Assembly (NCBI GenBank): GCA_017544705.1
Contig: JAFYDQ010000117.1
Span: 14,006-78,005 of the forward strand
Direction of reading: 5' to 3'
Origin: Lachnospiraceae bacterium
GTDB lineage: Bacteria > Bacillota > Clostridia > Lachnospirales > Lachnospiraceae
DNA length: 64,000 nt
A program made the position numbers and the translations under genes. The number at the start of each line of letters is the position of its first letter. Positions within the stretch are counted from its first letter, which is position 1. The notes below the pieces were generated by a model. The model ran no database searches. It was not told where the DNA came from and saw only the letters and a list, made by a program, of their open reading frames with translations. Of the stretch, positions 1 to 7,991 are shown in pieces.

Positions 1-14
1 TTCGCAACGCGACC

Positions 15-43
15 TTGTAGTTTCCGGCTGGTTTTAGTATAAT
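15..43 (+). promoter_or_regulatory. Candidate sigma-A promoter for the htrA-like gene
   Basis: TTGTAG (15-20), 17-nt spacer, TATAAT (38-43), about 30 nt upstream of the ATG at 73. Confidence 0.45.
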
Positions 44-72
44 AGGAAAACAGTGGCGAAGGAGATTTCTTC

Positions 73-1443
73 ATGGCAGAACAAAAGCAGGAAACCGTTC
101 GGAACACAGTAGCCAAAGAGAACGAGCGATCCGTGGCAAGCGGAGAGCAGAAGTTTGATTTTATCACGGAAACGATCAAGAAAAAGCCGGTGAATAAAAA
201 GCGGGTATTCTTGAAGTTTGTGTCAACGATCCTGTGGGCCGTCCTTTTTGGTGTCGTTGCCTGCTTAACCTATATTTTGCTGTATCCGAAACTGGAAGAG
301 CACTTCCGTCCGTCCGCGGCAGATGTTACCGCTTCCGCATCCGATGAAGAAAACGGAGAGGAGACGATTACCACCGAAGAAGTGGATGTTACCCCTGCGA
401 CCGAAGAGAAAACGCATGAAGTTGTCACGCAGGTGGTCCAGAAGGTGGAAAAAGTTGAGAAAAATCTCGACGTCAGTGACTATAAACAATTGTACACGCA
501 GATCTCCCGCGTCGCATTTGAAGCCCGCAAATCGCTGGTGACCGTTACCGGCATTTATCCGGATACGGACTGGTTCCAGAATCCGTACGAACAAAACCGT
601 GCCACTTCAGGACTTCTGGTAGCGGATAACGGCAAGGAGTTGTTGATCATTGCGCAAACGCAAGCGATCAGGAACGCGGAATCGGTTACGGTTACTTTTA
701 TTGACGGAACAGAGCACAAGGCATCCGTCAAAAAGACAGATCATAATACCGGACTAACGGTAGTCGGTGTCGATATTGATTCCTTAAGTGAAGAGACAAA
801 AGAAAAAATAGCCATGGCCAAGCTTGGGAGTTCCCGGATTTCTTCTCTTGTCGGAAGCCCGATCATCGCACTGGGCAATCCGATCGGCATTTCCGGTTCC
901 ATGGCCAGCGGTCAGATTACCAGCAACAGTTTTGTAAAAACACTGACGGACAGCAGCGCGCAGTTCCTGACGACGGACATTTACGGAAGTGATACTGCGA
1001 GCGGTGTTCTGGTCAATCTGGACGGAGAAGTGCTGGGGATCATTTATCAGGACGACAGTGTCGGTGACGCACCGAATCTGATCAAGGCATACGGAATTTC
1101 AGACCTGCGGGGCAAGATCGAAAAACTTTCCAACGGACAGGATTTAGCATATCTTGGGATCTACGGAACGGACGTGACGGAAACTGCAGCCAGGGAACTG
1201 GGCCTTCCTTACGGGGCTTATGTCAAAGAGGTCGTGATCGATTCGCCGGCCATGGAGGCAGGGATCCAGAACGGAGATGTGATCGTAAAGATCGGCACGA
1301 CGGAGATCAATTCCTTCGAAGCATTTAAGGACGCCATGCTGAAATGCCAGCCGGGTGATCTGATGATGGTTACCGTACTCAGACAGGCCAGATTTGAATA
1401 CGCCGAGGTATCCTATGAGATCACGCTCGGAACATTGGAGTAG
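73..1443 (+). CDS. Membrane-anchored HtrA/DegP-like trypsin-fold plus PDZ protein; catalytic triad appears degenerate
   Basis: 456-aa ORF. It has an N-terminal TM helix (FLKFVSTILWAVLFGVVACLTYILLY), a trypsin-fold core (ATSGLLVADNGKELLII; TDIYGSDTASGVLVNLDGEVLGI) and a C-terminal PDZ domain (GAYVKEVVIDSPAMEAGIQNGDVIVKIG). AAGGAG lies 8 nt upstream of the ATG. Confidence 0.8.
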   Translation: MAEQKQETVRNTVAKENERSVASGEQKFDFITETIKKKPVNKKRVFLKFVSTILWAVLFGVVACLTYILLYPKLEEHFRPSAADVTASASDEENGEETITTEEVDVTPATEEKTHEVVTQVVQKVEKVEKNLDVSDYKQLYTQISRVAFEARKSLVTVTGIYPDTDWFQNPYEQNRATSGLLVADNGKELLIIAQTQAIRNAESVTVTFIDGTEHKASVKKTDHNTGLTVVGVDIDSLSEETKEKIAMAKLGSSRISSLVGSPIIALGNPIGISGSMASGQITSNSFVKTLTDSSAQFLTTDIYGSDTASGVLVNLDGEVLGIIYQDDSVGDAPNLIKAYGISDLRGKIEKLSNGQDLAYLGIYGTDVTETAARELGLPYGAYVKEVVIDSPAMEAGIQNGDVIVKIGTTEINSFEAFKDAMLKCQPGDLMMVTVLRQARFEYAEVSYEITLGTLE

Positions 1444-1446
1444 GAT

Positions 1447-2388
1447 ATGAAATACATTGAAAGCATCCATGAGGGAGAAAACATTTCGGATGTTTATCTG
1501 GTCAAACAGAAGACATCGGCGGTGACCAAAAACGGGAAACCGTATGAGAATATGATCCTGCAGGATAAAACCGGCACGATCGATGCCAAGATCTGGGAAC
1601 CCAATTCCGCCGGGATCGAAGATTTTAATGCATTGGATTATGTACAGATTACCGGGAACGTGACTTCCTTTAACGGCGCGCTTCAGGTTAGCGTGCAGCG
1701 GGCCAGAAAGTGCAGGGAAGGGGAATATGACCCTGCGGACTATCTGCCGGTATCGTCCAAAAACATTGATGATATGTTTGCGCAGATCACGCAATACATT
1801 TCCGGAATCACGTCGCCGTATTTAAAACAGTTGCTTGAAGCGTTTTTTGTGAACGACGCGGATTTCATTAAGGCGTTCAAAACGAGTTCGGCGGCAAAAT
1901 CGGTACATCACAGTTTTGTCGGCGGCCTTTTGGAGCACACGCTTTCCGTTACGAATCTTTGTAATTATCTTGCGGAAGCTTATCCCATGATCAATAAGGA
2001 TCTGCTGCTCAGTGTCGCGATATTGCACGATATCGGGAAGACGCGGGAATTGTCCGATTTTCCGGAAAATGATTATACGGATGACGGGCAGCTGCTTGGG
2101 CATATCGTGATCGGATATGAAATGGTTTCGGCAAAGATCGCACAGATCCCGGGTTTTCCGGATAAGCTTGCCGGAGAAATCAAACACTGTATTCTGGCAC
2201 ATCACGGGGAACTTGATTACGGGTCGCCTAAAAAACCGGCGATCATTGAGGCCGTTGCACTGCACCATGCAGATAATACGGATGCAAAGCTGGAGATCAT
2301 GTCAGAATTACTGGCTTCCCAAACGGGCACGGACTGGCTGGGATATAACAGGCTGATCGATTCCAATGTGCGCAGAACGAGCGAATAA
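1447..2388 (+). CDS. yhaM: 3'-5' exoribonuclease YhaM (OB-fold plus HD domain)
   Basis: 313 aa with an N-terminal OB-fold. HD-domain motifs are HHSFVGGLLEHT, ILHDIGK and HHGELDYGSPK. The ATG is 3 nt after the upstream stop. Confidence 0.85.
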   Translation: MKYIESIHEGENISDVYLVKQKTSAVTKNGKPYENMILQDKTGTIDAKIWEPNSAGIEDFNALDYVQITGNVTSFNGALQVSVQRARKCREGEYDPADYLPVSSKNIDDMFAQITQYISGITSPYLKQLLEAFFVNDADFIKAFKTSSAAKSVHHSFVGGLLEHTLSVTNLCNYLAEAYPMINKDLLLSVAILHDIGKTRELSDFPENDYTDDGQLLGHIVIGYEMVSAKIAQIPGFPDKLAGEIKHCILAHHGELDYGSPKKPAIIEAVALHHADNTDAKLEIMSELLASQTGTDWLGYNRLIDSNVRRTSE

Positions 2389-2392
2389 TCAG

Positions 2393-3835
2393 ATGGATTA
2401 CCGGAAAAACCAACAGGTAACTGTGAAAATTGAAGATATCGGAATAAACGGAGAGGGTATCGGCCGCATCAGCGGCTATACCCTTTTTGTGAAAGATGCG
2501 ATTGTCGGTGACCTTGTGGAGGCATCTCTTACCAAAGTCAAGAAAACGTATGCCTACGCAAGGCTGGTCCGTGTGATCGAACCGTCAAAAGACCGGATCA
2601 CGCCGCCTTGTAAGATCTACAGGCAGTGCGGCGGATGCCAGATCCAGGCATTATCTTACGCGGCACAACTTGCTTTTAAACAGCAGAAGGTCATGAATGA
2701 CCTGATCCGGATCGGCGGGATCTCCAAAGAGGAGTTGAAAGAGATCATGGAGCCGATCGTCGGGATGTCTGATGCGGATCAATCCGGTGACGCCGGCTTC
2801 CGTTACCGGAACAAGGCCCAGTATCCCATCGGCAGGAACAGGGACGGAAAATTGATCGCAGGATTTTATGCAGGGCGTACGCACGCGATCATGGAGACGG
2901 ATGACTGCCTGCTGGGACCGGGCGAAAACGGAGAGATCTTAAAGAGCGTTCTTACGCACATGGAGCGTTATCAGATCATGCCGTATGACGAAGAGAGCGG
3001 AACGGGGCTTGTGCGGCATGTCATGATCCGGAAGGGTTTTGCAAGCGGACAGATCATGGTCTGTCTCGTGATCAACGGACGATCCCTGCCGGAATCAGAG
3101 ATATTAGTGGAAAACCTGAAAGAGATTGACGGGGTCTGCAGTATTTACCTGAACGTACAGCAGGAGAAGACCAATGTCATTCTGGGAGAGGAGAATATCC
3201 TGCTCTGGGGCAGTGCGTGGATCGAGGACATGATCCATATCTGTGATGTAAATAATGGCTTTGCACCGACCCGGGAAGCACTGACCTATGCGATCTCGCC
3301 ATTATCGTTCTATCAGGTTAACCCGAAACAGACAGAGCGGATGTACTCGCAGGCTCTGCAATATGCTGACCTGAAGGGAACGGAGACCGTATGGGATCTG
3401 TATTGCGGGATCGGTACGATTTCTCTCTTCATGGCAAAACGCGCAAGATCTGTCATGGGCGTTGAGGTTGTGGAACAGGCCGTAGAGGATGCACGGGAAA
3501 ACGCTGCAAGAAACTGCATTGAAAATGCCGCCTTTCTGACCGGAAAAGCTGAAGAGATCCTGCCGGCGTATTACGCAGAACCAGCCGGGGAATTTACGCA
3601 TCCCGATGTGATCGTCGTTGATCCGCCCCGCAAGGGCTGCGACAGTAAGTGTCTGGAAACGATGGCGCACATGAAACCTTCGAAGATCATCTACGTCAGC
3701 TGCGATCCTGCCACCCTTGCACGGGATGTGAAATACCTGTCCGAAAACGGCTACCGCCTAACAAAGGCACGGGCTTTTGATAACTTCCCCCAGACCGTGC
3801 ATGTGGAAACCGTCTGCCTTCTGACAAAAAAGTGA
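2393..3835 (+). CDS. rlmD: 23S rRNA (uracil-C5)-methyltransferase, RlmD/RumA family
   Basis: TRAM domain at the N-terminus, Fe-S Cys cluster (CKIYRQCGGCQIQ) and SAM-methyltransferase motifs (DLYCGIGTISL, VVDPPRKG). The ORF opens at 2366, but the ATG at 2393 (MDYRKNQ) avoids a 23-nt overlap with yhaM. The start is uncertain. Confidence 0.85.
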   Translation: MDYRKNQQVTVKIEDIGINGEGIGRISGYTLFVKDAIVGDLVEASLTKVKKTYAYARLVRVIEPSKDRITPPCKIYRQCGGCQIQALSYAAQLAFKQQKVMNDLIRIGGISKEELKEIMEPIVGMSDADQSGDAGFRYRNKAQYPIGRNRDGKLIAGFYAGRTHAIMETDDCLLGPGENGEILKSVLTHMERYQIMPYDEESGTGLVRHVMIRKGFASGQIMVCLVINGRSLPESEILVENLKEIDGVCSIYLNVQQEKTNVILGEENILLWGSAWIEDMIHICDVNNGFAPTREALTYAISPLSFYQVNPKQTERMYSQALQYADLKGTETVWDLYCGIGTISLFMAKRARSVMGVEVVEQAVEDARENAARNCIENAAFLTGKAEEILPAYYAEPAGEFTHPDVIVVDPPRKGCDSKCLETMAHMKPSKIIYVSCDPATLARDVKYLSENGYRLTKARAFDNFPQTVHVETVCLLTKK

Positions 3836-3850
3836 GCATATTCAGGATGG

Positions 3851-3879
3851 TTGACGAGGCCGGCGGGTCATGCTATGAT
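3851..3879 (+). promoter_or_regulatory. Candidate sigma-A promoter of the ABC-F leader transcript
   Basis: TTGACG (3851-3856), 17-nt spacer, TATGAT (3874-3879). It lies about 260 nt upstream of the ABC-F start codon. Confidence 0.55.
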
Positions 3880-4072
3880 AAACAAAACTTTTGAAAGGGC
3901 ACACGAAAGTGTGTGGGTGGACAGATGAAGAACAGATAATTTGATTTGGTAAATACAGACGAAATGATATGGCCGCAAGGTCTGTTTGTGTATGCCGAAT
4001 TGGATTATCGTATTTTTTTCTGTCGCTTTTGTGAGAGTTCTTTCGGCATATTGCGTTTTGAGGATACGAATA

Positions 4073-4102
4073 ATCTGCTTCCGGCATGGAGCAGATTTTT
4101 TT
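4073..4102 (+). terminator. Intrinsic terminator inside the ABC-F 5' leader (attenuator)
   Basis: The stem ATCTGCT (4073-4079) pairs with AGCAGAT (4090-4096) across a 10-nt loop, followed by T7 (4096-4102). It ends 37 nt before the ABC-F ATG and lies 240 nt after the rlmD stop. Confidence 0.65.
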
Positions 4103-4138
4103 ATGGCCATACCGGTTATTTTATCGGAGGTGATTTAT

Positions 4139-5707
4139 ATGGCATTGATCAGTGTAAATGATCTGACTTTTACATATGAAGGCAGTGCGGATCCCGTACT
4201 GGAACATGTGACATTTCATATTGATACCGATTGGAAACTCGGTCTGATCGGACGAAACGGAAAGGGAAAGACAACACTCTTAAACCTCTTTATGGGAAAA
4301 TATGACCATACCGGAAGCATTACGGGAATCGGCAGGGTCGATTATTTTCCTTATCCGGTTTCGGAAGAAGATCTTAACAAAACGGCGGATGAACTGATCG
4401 AAAGGTGGAAGCCGCAGGTGGAGTCCTGGCAGGTCATGGTCCAGTTAAACCAGATCAAAATGGATGCCGAATGTCTGTACAGACCGTTTGGGACTTTAAG
4501 CTTCGGGGAACGGACACGCGTCATGCTTGCGGTCTTATTTGCGGCAGAAAACGAATTCCTGTTGATCGATGAGCCGACCAATCATCTGGACGTTCACGCA
4601 AGGACGCTGATCCGGGATTACCTAAGAACCAAAAAGGGATTTGTTCTGGTATCACACGACCGTGACCTGCTGGATGCGGTGTGCGATCATGTGCTGGTCC
4701 TAAACCGGAAGAGCGTTGATGTACAGGCGGGTAATTTTTCCTCCTGGTGGGAAAACAAAGAGCGGGAAGATGCGTTTGCCAAAGCGGAGAATGAGAAACA
4801 CCTAAAAGAGATCGGCAAATTGAAAACGGCCGCGGACAGAACCGGCAGATGGGCGATAAAGAGCGAAAACAGCAAGATCGGCTTTGATCCGGTTAAGGAA
4901 AATGACAGAAGCATTTCCACGAGATCCTTTATCGGCGCCAAGACCAAGAAAATACAGGCACGCGTCAAAGCCTATGAGAAACGGCTGGACCGGGAGATCG
5001 AGGAAAAAGAAGGATTGCTGCAGGATATCGAGCAGGTAACGGATCTGAAACTGAACCCGCTTGCGTTTCATAAAGAAGTGTTGATCCGCGCGCAGGACCT
5101 GATGCTTCAGTATGAAAATGCCGAAGCCCCGCTGTTTGAAGGAATCTGGTTTGAGATCAAAAGAGGCGGCAGATATGTGTTATCCGGCAAAAACGGGTGC
5201 GGAAAGTCGAGCCTGATCACGGCAATCCTGCAAAGGGCTGCGGCTGATCAGGACGGGACAGCAGATTCATCGCTACGCTTATCGGGAACTCTGGATGTCG
5301 CATCGGGCCTGGTGATCTCCTATGTCAGTCAGGATACTTCGTATCTGAGGGGTTCGCTGCATACGTATTGCGAAAAACAGAACCTCGATGAGAGCCTGTT
5401 TCTGGCGCTGCTTCGGCGTCTTGATTTTAACCGGGAACAGTTTGGAAAAGAAATGCAGGATTACTCGGAAGGACAGAAAAAGAAGGTCCTGATCGCGCAC
5501 AGCCTGCTCACGCCGGCCCATCTGTATATCTGGGATGAACCGCTCAACTACATCGATGTGTTTTCCAGAATGCAGATCGAGAAAATGATCCTGTCATTTC
5601 ATCCGACGATGCTGCTTGTGGAGCACGATGTGCGCTTTCAGGAAAAAGTGATTACAGAGCGTATTATTTTAGACGATCATCATAATGTGCACGCTCGCCA
5701 CCGATAA
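4139..5707 (+). CDS. Lsa-family ABC-F ribosomal protection protein (predicted lincosamide/streptogramin A/pleuromutilin-type resistance)
   Basis: Two NBDs and no TM segments. NBD1: GRNGKGKTT, LSFGERTRV, LLIDEPTNHLD. NBD2: GKNGCGKSS, YSEGQKKKV, YIWDEPLNYID. A charged inter-domain linker (ENEKHLKEIGKLKTAADRTGRW...) is present, and similarity to Lsa as I recall its sequence runs end to end. The start is at ATG 4139 (GGAGGTG 7 nt upstream), not at the ORF opening at 3986. Confidence 0.85.
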   Translation: MALISVNDLTFTYEGSADPVLEHVTFHIDTDWKLGLIGRNGKGKTTLLNLFMGKYDHTGSITGIGRVDYFPYPVSEEDLNKTADELIERWKPQVESWQVMVQLNQIKMDAECLYRPFGTLSFGERTRVMLAVLFAAENEFLLIDEPTNHLDVHARTLIRDYLRTKKGFVLVSHDRDLLDAVCDHVLVLNRKSVDVQAGNFSSWWENKEREDAFAKAENEKHLKEIGKLKTAADRTGRWAIKSENSKIGFDPVKENDRSISTRSFIGAKTKKIQARVKAYEKRLDREIEEKEGLLQDIEQVTDLKLNPLAFHKEVLIRAQDLMLQYENAEAPLFEGIWFEIKRGGRYVLSGKNGCGKSSLITAILQRAAADQDGTADSSLRLSGTLDVASGLVISYVSQDTSYLRGSLHTYCEKQNLDESLFLALLRRLDFNREQFGKEMQDYSEGQKKKVLIAHSLLTPAHLYIWDEPLNYIDVFSRMQIEKMILSFHPTMLLVEHDVRFQEKVITERIILDDHHNVHARHR

Positions 5708-6209
5708 ATTTGGGTCTGACACGTGCGGCTGTGATATGTGCCTGTCCGATGGAATGATGTTCCAGACGGACGGGCACTGCGACTCTTTTCAGATGCATGC
5801 CGATGAAGGTATCGCCGATATCGATCCCGGCATCTGCTTTGATCTCTTCGAGGGCGACAGGGTCCGAAAAAGTCTGATAGGCCGTGGTTGCAAAGGAACC
5901 GCCTGCTTTGGGCTGCGGAACGACATTCACGATTTCCTGCCCGGGCACGGCTTCACGCTCGATGATGATCGCGCGGTTTAAGTGTTCACAGCATTGCGCT
6001 GCCAGATACAGGCCGCGCTTTTTCACTTCTTCATAGATGCCGGCGAATACGGCCTGTGCAACTTTCAGATTAGAATTGCTGCCGATCTTATCGCCGCAGA
6101 CTTCCGATGAGGAGCAGCCGACCACCAGGATCTGTCCGCTCTTTAAGCCTGCCTTTTCACATAATTCCGAACAGACTTCGCGAGCCTGCTGTTGGATTTC
6201 TTCATACAT
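5664..6209 (-). CDS. UPF0340 / TIGR01440-family protein (YwlG-like), function unknown
   Basis: 181 aa. The sequence MYEE...GQILVVGCSSSEV.G..IG...AAQCCEHLNRA is characteristic of the family. GGAGG sits inside the 3' end of the upstream ECF gene, with a 1-nt gap between its stop and this ATG. Confidence 0.75.
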   Translation of the reverse strand: MYEEIQQQAREVCSELCEKAGLKSGQILVVGCSSSEVCGDKIGSNSNLKVAQAVFAGIYEEVKKRGLYLAAQCCEHLNRAIIIEREAVPGQEIVNVVPQPKAGGSFATTAYQTFSDPVALEEIKADAGIDIGDTFIGMHLKRVAVPVRLEHHSIGQAHITAARVRPKFIGGERAHYDDRLK

Positions 6210-6210
6210 A

Positions 6211-6759
6211 TCAAACGCCTCCTGTCATGCGGTCAAAAAGCTTTTTGATCCCACATCTGAAACATAAGAGCATACCGAGAATTGCGCCGAGCGCACCCTG
6301 TGCGATCTCGTATGGAAGCTTTACAACGGCGGTTTCCCAGGTACTGTATACAAAGGTCTTTCCAAGCGTATAACCGACGACCATGATGATCGCACCAACA
6401 CTAACGCCGATCCCTGCCGCGATGCGCGGATGGTCTTTAAAGGTCTTATGTGCGATCAGGGAGATCACGACAGCCTGCAAACCGTGCGTTACGAGGGATA
6501 CAAACATCGGAAGAGGATAGAAGAACAGATCTCCAAGAAACGAGCCGATCCCGCCGACCACAAATGCTTCAAAGGGATTGAGCAGGATTGCAGCAAGGCA
6601 GATCACAGCGTCACACAGATAGAGGTGTCCGCCGGGAACAGGAATCCCAAAAGAACTGCATACGATGTTCATTGCCATAAAGAAGGCTGCGATCGTCAGA
6701 CGCACGGTTGCCAGATGAATGGCAGCATTCGGATTTGCGGTACGGTTATTTGCGTTCAT
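6211..6759 (-). CDS. ECF-transporter substrate-specific (S) component, substrate unknown
   Basis: About 182 aa with 5-6 TM helices and the pattern ...IPVPGGHLYLCDAVI...LLNPFEAFVVGGIGSFLGDL typical of ECF S components. I chose ATG 6759 (MNANN) because AAGGAGA lies 7 nt upstream. Confidence 0.7.
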   Translation of the reverse strand: MNANNRTANPNAAIHLATVRLTIAAFFMAMNIVCSSFGIPVPGGHLYLCDAVICLAAILLNPFEAFVVGGIGSFLGDLFFYPLPMFVSLVTHGLQAVVISLIAHKTFKDHPRIAAGIGVSVGAIIMVVGYTLGKTFVYSTWETAVVKLPYEIAQGALGAILGMLLCFRCGIKKLFDRMTGGV

Positions 6760-6850
6760 GGAAAAGTCTCCTTTACTTTTTCTGACAATGAGCATATACT
6801 TGTTTTGGATATATAAAAATGATCAGAACGAAAGTTTTTTATAAGACCAG

Positions 6851-7936
6851 ATGAACTACGCGATCGATCAAAACGCCGGAATTTCGGCATATATGCAATT
6901 ATATAACCAGCTCGTACGTGATATTACCACGGGGATCTATCCGTTCGGAAAGAAACTTCCGTCCAAAAGAACGATTGCCGCGGAAGTTGGTGTCAGCGTG
7001 ATCACGGTGGAGCATACGCTGGCCATGCTCTGCGATGAGGGGTATGTTGAGCCGCGGGAGCGGAGCGGCTATTTTGTGATCTACCGGGAATCGGATTTTC
7101 TGACGGAGCAAAAAGCCATGTCTTCGGTGTCTGTAGTCAGACAGCCGGTACATGTCGACAGTGAATTCCCTTATACGGTCATGGCCAGAACGATCAGAAG
7201 GGTCCTTATGGACTACGGAGACCGGATCCTTGTCAGGTCACCGAATCATGGCTGCAGTGAACTCCGTAACGAAATCAGTGCATATCTGGCACGGAGCCGG
7301 GGAATCCTTGTGGAGCCGTCCCGGGTGATCATCGGCTCGGGAGCCGAATACCTCTACGGCCTGATCGCGCAGCTGATCGGACGCGAACACATTTTTGCGA
7401 TCGAGAACCCGTGCTATGACAAGATCCCGAAAGTATACGAATCCATGGGGATCACCTGTGAAAGGCTCTCGCTTACGGCAGACGGGATCGCAAGGTCTGC
7501 ATTGGAGAAAACCCATGCCACGGTACTGCATGTCACGCCGTTTAACAGTTTTCCGAGCGGGATCTCCGTAAGCATTTCCAAAAAGAAGGAATATCTGCGA
7601 TGGGCCGCATCACGGAATGCGATCCTTGTCGAAGACAATTATGATTCGGAACTGACGGTTTTGAAAAAAGCGGAGGACACCCTGTTTTCCATGGCAGCAG
7701 GCGTCAGGGTGCTCTATATCAATACGTTTTCCAAGACGATAGCGCCGTCCATGAGGATCGGATATCTGCTGCTTCCTAAAGATATGACGGAGCGGTTTAA
7801 TGAACGGCTCGGTTTTTATTCCTGTACGGTGCCGCTGTTTGAGCAATATGTTCTGGCAGAGCTTTTGCACAGCGGTGATTTTGAACGGCACATTAACCGG
7901 GTCCGCAGAAAGAAACGCAGAATGGAACAGACATAA
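6851..7936 (+). CDS. MocR/PdxR-type GntR regulator (wHTH plus fold-type-I aminotransferase-like domain), C-terminally short
   Basis: N-terminal GntR wHTH (LPSKRTIAAEVGVSVITVEHTLAMLCDEGYVEPRERSGYFV). The aminotransferase-like domain carries the PLP-lysine motif NTFSKTIAPSMRIGYLL. The protein ends at HINRVRRKKRR, whereas canonical MocR proteins continue for about 100 aa. Confidence 0.8.
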   Translation: MNYAIDQNAGISAYMQLYNQLVRDITTGIYPFGKKLPSKRTIAAEVGVSVITVEHTLAMLCDEGYVEPRERSGYFVIYRESDFLTEQKAMSSVSVVRQPVHVDSEFPYTVMARTIRRVLMDYGDRILVRSPNHGCSELRNEISAYLARSRGILVEPSRVIIGSGAEYLYGLIAQLIGREHIFAIENPCYDKIPKVYESMGITCERLSLTADGIARSALEKTHATVLHVTPFNSFPSGISVSISKKKEYLRWAASRNAILVEDNYDSELTVLKKAEDTLFSMAAGVRVLYINTFSKTIAPSMRIGYLLLPKDMTERFNERLGFYSCTVPLFEQYVLAELLHSGDFERHINRVRRKKRRMEQT

Positions 7937-7966
7937 AAAAGGAACTGCAACCGCAGTTCCTTTTTT
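7935..7966. terminator. Bidirectional intrinsic terminator between the convergent mocR-like and MCP genes
   Basis: A6 (7935-7940), stem GGAACTGC (7941-7948), loop AACC, stem GCAGTTCC (7953-7960), then T6 (7961-7966). Confidence 0.75.
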
Positions 7967-7991
7967 AATCCGTTTATGATTTTCGTAAAAC

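Noticed and set aside
3946-4161. 71-aa ORF in the ABC-F leader, and the N-terminal extension of the ABC-F ORF back to 3986
   Set aside because: Neither has an SD sequence. Both run straight through the leader terminator hairpin. The ABC-F homology begins at MALISVNDL (4139), which has a strong GGAGGTG RBS. The region is better explained as an untranslated regulatory leader.
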